A DNA stretch of 64,000 nucleotides, from IMG/VR virus record IMGVR_UViG_3300013383_000019; one strand, given 5' to 3'. The notes under the pieces were generated by a model that saw only the letters and a program-made list of their open reading frames with translations, did not search any database and was not told the origin of the DNA. Shown here piece after piece: positions 46,801-54,095 of this stretch (positions are counted from its first letter, which is position 1; each line of letters opens with the position of its first letter). The translations under genes were made by a program, and so were the position numbers. Source of the stretch: a virus. Taxonomy: Duplodnaviria > Heunggongvirae > Uroviricota > Caudoviricetes.

Positions 46801-48354
46801 GCTTTTATCGACGGGGCGACAGCGGATCGATACGGATATCTAAAAAACGATCTTCTTTCCGTCACCGTCGTCAACATCAACACCGCCGCCTACAAGGCCG
46901 CCAATATCCCCCTCCCCTCTGTTAACGAACTGCTCGCCATGTGCCCGCCGGATGATCCAGTCTGGGATATGTACGCCAAAGGCTACACCATGGGGCTCAA
47001 TCAGGTTGAGCGCGAGAAGGCCACTGAAAAGGTCGCCCGCTATAAGCCGCGCAATATTACCGAGCTGGCCGCGTTCGTCGCCGCCATCCGCCCGGGCTTC
47101 AAGTCGATGATCGATACATTCCTCGCCCGCCGGCATTTCGATTATGGTATCCCCTCGCTGGATAACCTGCTTCAGACGAAAGAAATTCCCGACAGCTTCC
47201 TCATGTTTCAGGAGCAGATCATGAAGGTCCTCCAGCATGGCGGTTTCACCGGGGCCGAATCCTACGCCGCCATCAAGGCCATCTCGAAGAAGCATCCCGA
47301 AAAGGTGCTCGCTCTCAAGGAAAAGTTCCGCGCCACGTTCTCTCAGCGCATCGTGGAGGAGGAGCATGTCACTGAGGCCGAAGCTCTCGCCACCACCGAT
47401 AAAATCTGGCAGATCATCAACGATTCCTGCTCCTATCTTTTTAATGCATCGCATGCCACCTGCGTCGCGCTGGATAGTCTTTACGGCGCATGGCTCAAGG
47501 CGCACTATCCTTATCAGTATTACACCACCCTGCTTCGCGCCTACGCCGCCAAGAAGGATAAAGACCGCATCGCCAAAGCCAAGGAGGAAATGCGTCGGGC
47601 GTTCGGCATCCGCGTCGTCGCTTGCAAGTTCGGGCAGGATAACCGCGATTTCTTTATCGATGAAAGCGCGCACACCATCGCCGACGCGCTCACCTCCGTC
47701 AAGCACGTCAGTAGAAAAGTCGCCGACGCGCTCTATAAAATGCGCGATACGCTGTATCTTTACTTCACCGATCTGCTTTACGATATGGATATGTCTCCGG
47801 CCTTCGACGCTACAAGCATCACCGCGCTCATCAAGATGGGATACTTCAGCGATTTCGGCGGCTCCGCCAAACTGCTCAAGCTCTTTCAGGAGTTCAAGTC
47901 CGGCGAGAACCGGTTCTATAAAGGGCTCGTTGAGAAGACACAGCAGAAACGCCTCGTCGCCCTGCGCGATCTGGAAGCAGCTTTGCCGGATGAGGATCTC
48001 CCCATGGAAGAAATCATCCCCTTCGAGTGCGATTATTTCGGTGCCCCCCTCAGCGTCTATCCCGAAAAGAAGGGCTGCTACGCCGTCATCGATGTGGATG
48101 AAAAATACAGCCCCAAGCTGAAGCTCTATAGCGTCTCCACCGGAGACACCGGTGTGATGAAAATTCGCAAGCCCGATTTTGCTAAAAATCCCGTCAAGGC
48201 TGGCGACGTCATCAAGCTCCTTGGCTGGCAGAAGAAGCCCGCTTATCAGTATCAGGACGGCAAACGTTCTATCAAACCCGGCGTGACCGAGCTTTGGATG
48301 GACGGCTACAAAAAAATTTCCGTTTCGCCCGCTCAAACTGAAAAAGCGGGGTGA
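43843..48354 (+). CDS. dnaE: DNA polymerase III alpha-subunit-like (DnaE-type, N-terminal PHP domain) replicative polymerase interrupted by an intein.
   Basis: PHP motifs HKHDHISN and ATDSHF; polymerase core; RBS aaggggtggagg; the track ORF 43438..48354 carries an unsupported 5' extension. Confidence 0.75.
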   Translation: MYVNYHKHDHISNIMLADSVATMEDYAKRAVELNQTVLSSCNHGTQGNYWECAELAEKYGLKWRYVTEAYFVKDRFEKDKSNCHLILAAKTCKGVGDLNYALSEANITGYYYRPRIDLELLMALDPKDVFVTTACVGGIWKYGAEEAERLVTLLNDHFRGSFMLEVQAHNVDKQKDVNRFVLDLYRKYNIPLIAATDSHFIYPEDSKLRDQLLESHHLKYEDEEGWDMDYPSEKHLLDRFKAQGVLSVAQINEAMENTNVFLDFEDVSFDKRRKLPAAYPGMTQEERNQKYLDLVHQAWDRYKAEVPQERWPEYEEAIRYETDAVTGTNTSDYFLIDNRIVDTAKREGGVLTQSGRGCFTDTARVPTLTGLKQISQVVPGDVVIDKDGDYQKVIETFSYDIDEPLVEIQAPANKMFGSYPTCTLDHRVLVCRLNGSYDWVEASRLKKGDLLCVPKIVQPASQTAEVVDLSKYISRASMFDGDHIFELRKDMMREAFGWEILMKKFHISRSALYNFVVGRTSAEVRRGPGVYLNKAKREILDYYGVDTQEALTQKYKDTCFRLMSRWVVKDALYYEFLGMMYGDGWVRHRNDGSYVCGIAINAENEKNIYNRKIFETMASRVGGTIYEAKAKNKKLVQLTLHASSFAKYLGCTYFISKKGNDKVVPDEILLLDNEKSKAFLSGLMRTDGCFAESDRKCFDNTSPSLMNAFNILCMKAGEKPPRLTVRDRWFDKRGYNCKTSYKWVIPVYSTPYGMSRKISENDKYWLIPVTGINLLPRQKCKVYDLHIENSHSYLLNHMVVHNSGVSFLTNMLLGFSSVDRLKMPVTMYPDRFISKERLSTGQMPDLDLNCGNVEVFEKAQAEVMGEWHSAQMVAFGTLKRLSAWKMYCRSTNVAFETANAISDSLKKYELDVKYAEDDEDREAIDPFDYVPKEYHEQLRMSNKYLGMVDSISPSPCSYLLTDQDIRREIGLYRINSKTGKKGTIYAAFIDGATADRYGYLKNDLLSVTVVNINTAAYKAANIPLPSVNELLAMCPPDDPVWDMYAKGYTMGLNQVEREKATEKVARYKPRNITELAAFVAAIRPGFKSMIDTFLARRHFDYGIPSLDNLLQTKEIPDSFLMFQEQIMKVLQHGGFTGAESYAAIKAISKKHPEKVLALKEKFRATFSQRIVEEEHVTEAEALATTDKIWQIINDSCSYLFNASHATCVALDSLYGAWLKAHYPYQYYTTLLRAYAAKKDKDRIAKAKEEMRRAFGIRVVACKFGQDNRDFFIDESAHTIADALTSVKHVSRKVADALYKMRDTLYLYFTDLLYDMDMSPAFDATSITALIKMGYFSDFGGSAKLLKLFQEFKSGENRFYKGLVEKTQQKRLVALRDLEAALPDEDLPMEEIIPFECDYFGAPLSVYPEKKGCYAVIDVDEKYSPKLKLYSVSTGDTGVMKIRKPDFAKNPVKAGDVIKLLGWQKKPAYQYQDGKRSIKPGVTELWMDGYKKISVSPAQTEKAG
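44914..46248 (+). mobile_element. Intein of 445 aa with a LAGLIDADG homing endonuclease, inside the DnaE-like gene.
   Basis: N-terminal splice block G|CFTDTARV; C-terminal VVHN|S; two LAGLIDADG motifs, LGMMYGDGWV and LSGLMRTDGCF. Confidence 0.7.
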
Positions 48355-48375
48355 AAAATGTTCCCTTTATTATAT
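48355..48375 (+). promoter_or_regulatory. Conserved phage promoter motif, copy 4 of 5.
   Basis: aaaatgttccctttattatat 30 nt upstream of the ATG at 48405. Confidence 0.55.
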
Positions 48376-48404
48376 GAAAAGAAAACTTTGAAAGGGGTTC
48401 TGTT

Positions 48405-49487
48405 ATGGAAACAAGAGATTGGCGCAAAACGGTGGAAGATATGGCCGCCGAGCGTGAGCGCATCCGATCTCAACGTATCAAAAAAATAATCCTTATCGCC
48501 GCCTGCGCGCTTCTTGTGCTTGTACTTAGCGTCAACGCAGTGGGAGTCGTTCCGTATAACCATACCGGCGTACTGCGTCGGGCGGGAGTTGTCCAGAAGG
48601 AAGGCGTGTCAGAAGGCTGGTTTCTTAAAATCCCGTTTGTCGATTCGCTTGATCTAATCTCCAATCAGGTCCAGACGCTGCGTATCGCCAGCGGCACTTC
48701 GAAGCCAACCACGTCTGATACCGCCGAAACAAAAGATCGTCAGCTCGTGCCTGTCTTTGAGTTCGAGATTCAGCATCAGCTCGCGCCGGAAAAGTCTTAC
48801 GATGTGTATACCAACTACGGTAAGAATTACACCGGTGTCCTGGTCGAGTCCAACGCTCTGGCGATTATCAAACAGGTCTTCTCTCTTTATGATAGCGAAG
48901 ATATCGTCAATAATAAGGAAGCAATTCCCGCGCAGATCGCCGAGCGGCTGGATGAGATCACGAAACCGTACGGTATCAATATTCTCCGCGTCAACATGAA
49001 GACGTACGATTTTACGCCGGAGTATACTGCCATCCTTGAGGAGCGTGCCCGCCTCAGCGCTGAACTCACCAACACCGAACTGCGCCAACAGAAAGAAAAA
49101 ATTTCCGCGCAAACCGAATACGACGTCGCCGTCAAACAGGCCGAACAGAAAGCCGAGCAGGAACGCATCAAGGCGGAAAGCGATCAAGCCGTCGCGCTGA
49201 TCAACGCACAGGCGTCCGCCGAGGCTGAAAAGATCCGTGTGGATAACGAAGCCTATGTGATCAAGACCCGTGCCGCGGCTGATAAGCAGGCCAGGCTGGA
49301 TGCCGCCGAAGCTACCAAGGCTGAATTGGAAGCCAGCAAGGCCGGCTTGAGCGAGCTTGTAATCCAACAGCAGATGATCGAAAAATGGAACGGCCAGCTG
49401 ATGCCCAACTTCGGCAGCGGCAGCGGTTTCAATTTTGCGAATCTGACCAATGTTCTCGAACAATATCTCCTTGGAGGTGAAGAATAA
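48405..49487 (+). CDS. SPFH/band-7 (prohibitin or HflK-like) membrane protein.
   Basis: N-terminal TM helix; SPFH-like core; long Ala/Glu/Lys coiled coil. Confidence 0.55.
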   Translation: METRDWRKTVEDMAAERERIRSQRIKKIILIAACALLVLVLSVNAVGVVPYNHTGVLRRAGVVQKEGVSEGWFLKIPFVDSLDLISNQVQTLRIASGTSKPTTSDTAETKDRQLVPVFEFEIQHQLAPEKSYDVYTNYGKNYTGVLVESNALAIIKQVFSLYDSEDIVNNKEAIPAQIAERLDEITKPYGINILRVNMKTYDFTPEYTAILEERARLSAELTNTELRQQKEKISAQTEYDVAVKQAEQKAEQERIKAESDQAVALINAQASAEAEKIRVDNEAYVIKTRAAADKQARLDAAEATKAELEASKAGLSELVIQQQMIEKWNGQLMPNFGSGSGFNFANLTNVLEQYLLGGEE

Positions 49488-49865
49488 ATGGAAGAACTGC
49501 GCTTTGTAAACGCCGGCTTGAAGCATGCCGTCTGCGCGAATCATGTCATCGCCGTTCTTAACCCGCGCACCATGACCTCGAAAGAATAGGTGAAAGCCGC
49601 CAAAGGCCGTAAGCATCTGCTTGATGCGACGGTCGGGCGCAAAATCCGCTCCGTCATTCTCTTTAACGAGGGCACCGTTATGCTCTCCTCTCTCCGGTTT
49701 GAAACGCTGCTCATGCGCCTCAACGGCGATATGCGCGGCAACCTCTATGATCGGGATAGCGAATACGCTGAAACCGATCCTGAAAACACGGACGGCGTCG
49801 AGGCGGATTCCCTCATTAATAATGAAGAAGGAAAGGAGGAATCAACCTTCGATGAAGGTAATTGA
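49488..49865 (+). CDS. RemA/DUF370-like protein with an in-frame TAG at codon 34 (49587-49589) and an acidic C-terminal extension.
   Basis: MEELRFVNAGLKHAVCANHVIAVLNPRTMTSKE*VKAAKGRKHLLDATVGRKIRSVILFNEGTVMLSSL aligns with B. subtilis RemA (..[46 protein letters not shown]..) on both sides of the TAG. Confidence 0.55.
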
Positions 49866-50520
49866 CCAGTCTTTTAAGATTCTCTCGCCGTCCACGCCGG
49901 AGCGCGCACTGGAAACGCTGCGCCTTATCGAATACGCCGCCCGTAATTGCTATCGCTCGCATGATAAAATCACGGCCGATAGCTGGCGCAAGTTTCTTGG
50001 CGGGCTTATAAAGCGGGGGCATGAAGCCCCTATTGAGTTTGGCGACGCCATGGTTGAGCTCGTCACCGGGCGCGATGTCCTGGCCGAGATCACACGGCAC
50101 CGGCTCCCCAGTTTCTGCGTTCAGAGCCAGCGCTATGTCGAAGATGATAAGACCGGAGATATCAGCTTCATCCGGCCGGATATCTATCTTCCAGCCGAAG
50201 GCCCCGATCTGGATGCGAAAACATGGTGCGCTTCCCGCGGCTGGGATGCGTCCATGGAGCATGCCGAAACTTATTACCGGTATCTCAGGCATGAGTGCGG
50301 CATGAAGGCGGAGGACGCACGTAAAGTACTCCCCAATTCCACCGCCTGCATCATCGTCATGAAGGCGAATCTGCGGGAATGGCGGCATATTTTTCAGCTG
50401 CGCACCTCGTCGGCCGCTTATCCGGAAATGCGCTCGCTCATGCGCCCGTTGCTTTGCGAATTCCAGAAACTGTTTCCCGTTATTTTTGATGATATCACAT
50501 GGGAGGAAAAGAATGCTTGA
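49852..50520 (+). CDS. thyX: Flavin-dependent thymidylate synthase ThyX.
   Basis: ThyX signature ITRHRLPSFCVQSQRY (RHR..S....S.RY); RBS gaaaggagga. Confidence 0.85.
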   Translation: MKVIDQSFKILSPSTPERALETLRLIEYAARNCYRSHDKITADSWRKFLGGLIKRGHEAPIEFGDAMVELVTGRDVLAEITRHRLPSFCVQSQRYVEDDKTGDISFIRPDIYLPAEGPDLDAKTWCASRGWDASMEHAETYYRYLRHECGMKAEDARKVLPNSTACIIVMKANLREWRHIFQLRTSSAAYPEMRSLMRPLLCEFQKLFPVIFDDITWEEKNA

Positions 50521-50731
50521 TGGGTTTATCAAGAATCCAGACTCTGAATTTCTTTGGAACCTTCGGAAACGAATCAAGGCCAACTCGGGTTTCTGCCCCT
50601 GCAAGAGGGAAAAGACGAAGGATACGAAGTGCCCCTGTAAAGACTTCCGCGAGCATGGCGATTGCGCCTGCGGCATGTATATCCGCAATCCGAACGTGGA
50701 TGAAGAATTTGTAAACGAGGGGTATGTCTGA
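50513..50731 (+). CDS. Small Cys-rich protein resembling the ferredoxin-thioredoxin reductase catalytic chain (CPC..CPC..C.C).
   Basis: GFCPCKREKTKDTKCPCKDFREHGDCACGMY; paralog at 56391. Confidence 0.5.
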   Translation: MLDGFIKNPDSEFLWNLRKRIKANSGFCPCKREKTKDTKCPCKDFREHGDCACGMYIRNPNVDEEFVNEGYV

Positions 50732-51240
50732 TGAATACCGACGAAATCTATTTTGAAAAGGTTTCCTTTGACGAGTTCCGGGAGACGTTCGAAAAAGGAA
50801 GGCAAATCGCCCCTTTGGGCGTAGCCGAAATGCGTAAGATCTGGGAGGCGATTCCGCTTCCCTGCCGCGCAACGGCCGGTTCGGCGGGCTATGATTTCTT
50901 CCTTCCCTATGAAATTGAAGTCCTCCCCGAGTATCCGCTCACTCTGCCGACAGGTATCCGCTGCCATATGCCGCCCGGCGTAGTCCTCGCGATCGTTCCC
51001 AAATCCGGGCTCGGTTTCAAATATGGCCTGCGCCTGCGCAACAGCACCGGGATCGTCGACAGCGATTATTACTATTCGTCTAATGAGGGGCATATTCAGG
51101 CCAAGCTCACCGCCGAAGAGCCCGTTCGTCTGCCGGGCTGCGCGAAGTTTATGCAGGGCATTTTCCTCCCTTATCTGACGGCCGCGAACGATACCGCGTC
51201 CGGCGTGCGCAACGGGGGATTTGGCAGCACAGGTGTCTGA
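50731..51240 (+). CDS. dut: dUTP diphosphatase.
   Basis: Motifs RATAGSAGYDF, GIVDSDYYY and RNGGFGSTG. Confidence 0.8.
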   Translation: MNTDEIYFEKVSFDEFRETFEKGRQIAPLGVAEMRKIWEAIPLPCRATAGSAGYDFFLPYEIEVLPEYPLTLPTGIRCHMPPGVVLAIVPKSGLGFKYGLRLRNSTGIVDSDYYYSSNEGHIQAKLTAEEPVRLPGCAKFMQGIFLPYLTAANDTASGVRNGGFGSTGV

Positions 51241-51409
51241 TATGTTCTTTGTTGGCTGCATGTTTGGAATCTCCACCGTTTCGCTGTTTGCCAGCCTCGT
51301 GCGTCTGGGGGTTCCTTTATGGGTGTTAGTTGCCATTCTTGCTGTTTTTCTGGTTGTCATTGTCTCTTGTGATGATGACGATGATAATCATTCTCTTCCG
51401 AGGCGGTGA
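51221..51409 (+). CDS. Small membrane protein with a poly-Asp tail.
   Basis: Track ORF; TM helices then DDDDD. Confidence 0.4.
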   Translation: MAAQVSDMFFVGCMFGISTVSLFASLVRLGVPLWVLVAILAVFLVVIVSCDDDDDNHSLPRR

Positions 51410-51419
51410 TGTAATGTAG

Positions 51420-51767
51420 ATGTTGATTGATTTCCTTGGCGTTTTTCTTGGGGCGGCGGTACTTACCGCGCTCATCTGGATATTGACGCACTGGGTTTCC
51501 TATGTGGCCGCGTGGGTGCTGGCCGTCACGGTCTGCGTTGCAGGCACGTTCCTGCGCGCATGGATTGATATTAAATATGGTGAAAGGATTCGAAATTATG
51601 GCAAACGAAATGAAAGAACTGTGGGATCTGCTCAACTTTCTTGCGGAGAAGGAGGAGCCGAAAACAGACTCTTCCCTGAAGACGGAGAAACCGGCAAAGC
51701 CGGAGGGAGTGAAGGAATTCCCGAAGCCGAAGGAAGACCTGCCGGAGGAAATGAAGCAGGCGATTAA
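51420..51767 (+). CDS. Hypothetical membrane protein; its true 3' end is uncertain because it overlaps 51598..51879.
   Basis: Track ORF with N-terminal TM helices; the C-terminus looks like out-of-frame read-over. Confidence 0.3.
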   Translation: MLIDFLGVFLGAAVLTALIWILTHWVSYVAAWVLAVTVCVAGTFLRAWIDIKYGERIRNYGKRNERTVGSAQLSCGEGGAENRLFPEDGETGKAGGSEGIPEAEGRPAGGNEAGD

Positions 51768-51879
51768 CGCCGGCCGCACGCGCGCCGCTTATTTCGCCGC
51801 TCTTTACAAGATGCTTCTCTCGCTGGAGATCCCGGACGACGTCGCTTATGACGTGACGCTCGCCGATGCCCGCAGATGA
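51598..51879 (+). CDS. Hypothetical protein, 93 aa.
   Basis: RBS aaagga. Confidence 0.4.
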   Translation: MANEMKELWDLLNFLAEKEEPKTDSSLKTEKPAKPEGVKEFPKPKEDLPEEMKQAINAGRTRAAYFAALYKMLLSLEIPDDVAYDVTLADARR

Positions 51880-52241
51880 CGCTTTCTCAGCTAAACGAAG
51901 CTGTGCGCCAGGCGGTTGCGGGTACGCTGTGTGACCCTGACAAGGTGGAAGTCCTCATTTCCCTGGGCTTCCCCTCGTTGGGGCCTCCGGCGGGTGTCGA
52001 AGTTTCCCATGGTTATCTCGGCTTTGACTGGGAGGGCGAAGGGTTCCGACTGGTTCCCGCCAGCGAGCTGGTTGAATGGCGCAAGAACCGGGATAACCCC
52101 CTCCCTCCGCTGGAACAAACCATGGATGATGGGCGGCGCAAGCTTCATACGCTGCGCTGCCCCGCCTGCCCCAACGAAGTTAAACGAACCGATCGATATT
52201 GCCCGCAATGCGGGCAGAGATTAAAAAGGAGCACGCAATGA
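51876..52241 (+). CDS. Hypothetical protein with a C-terminal zinc ribbon.
   Basis: CPACPNE..CPQCGQ. Confidence 0.5.
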   Translation: MTLSQLNEAVRQAVAGTLCDPDKVEVLISLGFPSLGPPAGVEVSHGYLGFDWEGEGFRLVPASELVEWRKNRDNPLPPLEQTMDDGRRKLHTLRCPACPNEVKRTDRYCPQCGQRLKRSTQ

Positions 52242-52960
52242 TTTGGCTTACCGGCGATAAACACGGCGATTATAGTTCCGTCGAACTTTTCTGCGAGTCC
52301 CATGACGTCGGTAAAGACGCAGGCGGAGATATCATGGTTGTGCTTGGCGATAACGGGGTGAATTACTTTGGCGGCAAACGGGATAGAAAACTCAAGGCCG
52401 AGCTCACCACTTTGCCGCTGACCTTCTTTATGGTTCGCGGCAATCATGATCAGCGCCCCAGCCGCAAGGTCTGCCGCGAGGAAGACTATGTCAGTTCTTA
52501 TCTTTCAGGCCCCGTGCTCGTCGAGGATGAGTTTCCAAATATTCTCTATGCGAAAGACGGCGGCCTGTATGATTTCAGCGGCATGAGCGTCATGGTGATC
52601 GGCGGTGCTTACAGCATCGATAAATTTATCCGGCTCGAGCGTCAGGCGCAGGGATTCCCGCAATATCGCTGGTTCCCCGATGAACAGCTTTCGAAATCTG
52701 AAAGAGATTCTATTCTGGAAACCGCGCGCGTCCATCGCCCCGATGTTATCCTCTCTCATACCTGCCCCCAGAGCATGATCCCCTGGGATCGATGCGCTCC
52801 CAATATTTATGGAGGCCCTCCCGATTATACCATGGAACGCTGGATGGACGAGGTAGACGCCGCCGCGCTCGAGCCTGAATGGTTTTGCGGGCACTGGCAT
52901 CTTGATCGCCGCGTGCCGCCCCGCACCCGTTTTCTGTATCATGATTTTATTGATTTCTGA
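52238..52960 (+). CDS. Calcineurin-like metallophosphoesterase (lambda-PPase-type Ser/Thr phosphatase).
   Basis: Motifs LTGDKHGD, VLGDNGVNYFG and VRGNHDQ; RBS aaaaggag. Confidence 0.7.
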   Translation: MIWLTGDKHGDYSSVELFCESHDVGKDAGGDIMVVLGDNGVNYFGGKRDRKLKAELTTLPLTFFMVRGNHDQRPSRKVCREEDYVSSYLSGPVLVEDEFPNILYAKDGGLYDFSGMSVMVIGGAYSIDKFIRLERQAQGFPQYRWFPDEQLSKSERDSILETARVHRPDVILSHTCPQSMIPWDRCAPNIYGGPPDYTMERWMDEVDAAALEPEWFCGHWHLDRRVPPRTRFLYHDFIDF

Positions 52961-52969
52961 GGTGATAAA

Positions 52970-53326
52970 ATGCTTGGCGATAATGTAATCTTCGGGGTCG
53001 GTAAAGACGTCCCCGTCGTCGTGAACAGCGAAGGCGGCAAGCAAAGCCGCAGCCCTTATGCTTTCCAGCTTCTGCCCGTGCATGCAATGTTTGCCGCGGC
53101 TGAAGTCGCGAAGGCCGGTGCTGAGAAATACGGCGAAACCTTCGCCTGCCGTAACTATACAAAAATCCCGCCCGAGGAGCATATCGGGCATTGCATCCAA
53201 CATCTGTACGCTTATCTTGCCGGCGATATCAGCGATGATCATCTGGCGCACGCCATTGTCCGCGCGCTCTTCGCTTATGAGACAGATAAGCTGGCGCGTG
53301 AAAGCGAGGGGACGCCCTGTGCCTGA
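52970..53326 (+). CDS. Hypothetical protein, 118 aa.
   Basis: Track ORF. Confidence 0.45.
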   Translation: MLGDNVIFGVGKDVPVVVNSEGGKQSRSPYAFQLLPVHAMFAAAEVAKAGAEKYGETFACRNYTKIPPEEHIGHCIQHLYAYLAGDISDDHLAHAIVRALFAYETDKLARESEGTPCA

Positions 53327-53828
53327 AACCGCCGTCGATGTCTTCGCCTGCGATCTCTCGCTCCATCGCCCCGGCTTTGCGCTGCTTCATTGTGAGAATA
53401 ATACGATCACCGTGCGCGAGCTCAGCAATGTCAACAACAAGTATGCCCGCAAGAAAACGCATGGCCAGATGCTTCTGGAGATTGCGCGCGAATAGAAGCG
53501 ATATATGACCACCTACCCAAACGCCATATTAGTTCGCGAGAAAGCAATTTACCCCGGCCGCTATCAGATGAAGACCATCGGGGTTTTGCATAAGGTTGTC
53601 GGCGTGGCCGATCTTTATGCCTGGCATTTGACAGGCAGAGAGTTTGAAGAGATCGATCCTCGCATGACCAAGCGCATCGTCACCGGCGATGCTAACGCGG
53701 AGAAAGATCGTGTCGCCGAAATGCTGGATGATTACGTTGGCGCTCAGCGCTATGCCTGCGACGACGAATCTGATGCGGTAGCGGTAGGCGTCGCGTGGCT
53801 TATTCAAAATAAAATTTTTCAAATGTGA
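53319..53828 (+). CDS. RuvC-like Holliday-junction resolvase with an in-frame TAG at 53493-53495.
   Basis: GTG start. N-terminal VDVFACDLSLHRPGFALL (RuvC D-x-G/S-type motif); C-terminal DESDAVAVGVAW matches the RuvC D.ADA.A.A motif. Track ORFs 53058..53495 and 53505..53828 are in frame and are separated by TAG-AAG-CGA-TAT. Confidence 0.55.
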
Positions 53829-53842
53829 AAAAGGGGGCATGA

Positions 53843-53863
53843 AAATGTTCCCTTTATTATATG
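53843..53863 (+). promoter_or_regulatory. Conserved phage promoter motif, copy 5 of 5.
   Basis: aaaatgttccctttattatat 20 nt upstream of the ATG at 53883. Confidence 0.55.
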
Positions 53864-53882
53864 AAAGGAGTTTGATTCCGAA

Positions 53883-54095
53883 ATGACGCTTTATACTCTT
53901 CCCGGCTGCCCCATGTGCGACCTGCTTGCCGAGCGGCTCGCGCAGCTTTAGATCCCATGCAATATTGTTTCCGATGCGGAGCAGCTGAAGGCAAAAGGCA
54001 TTCAGGTTGTCCCCGCCCTCGAAGACAAGGACGGCAATCTCATGAACTTTGCGCAGGCTATGAAATATCTCAGCAAAGGAGTATCTGTTGAATGA
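53883..54095 (+). CDS. nrdH: NrdH/glutaredoxin-like redoxin with an in-frame TAG at codon 23 (53949-53951).
   Basis: MTLYTLPGCPMCDLLAERLAQL*IPCNIVSDAEQLKAKGIQVVPALEDKDGNLMNFAQAMKYL has the CPxC redox motif and NrdH/Grx-like spacing on both sides of the TAG; ATGA overlap with nrdD. Confidence 0.55.

Noticed and set aside
46840-48336. Long minus-strand ORF of 498 aa antisense to the DnaE-like polymerase. Similar long antisense ORFs occur elsewhere: 9714..10664, 14804..15898, 16421..17509, 28252..29265, 32010..33035, 39281..41053, 40714..42111, 49816..51360, 54419..55879 and 59325..60206.
   Set aside because: All lie antisense to strongly supported, motif-bearing genes. They have no RBS or start context and show low-complexity, Arg/Gly-rich composition, which is typical of spurious ORFs in GC-rich DNA.
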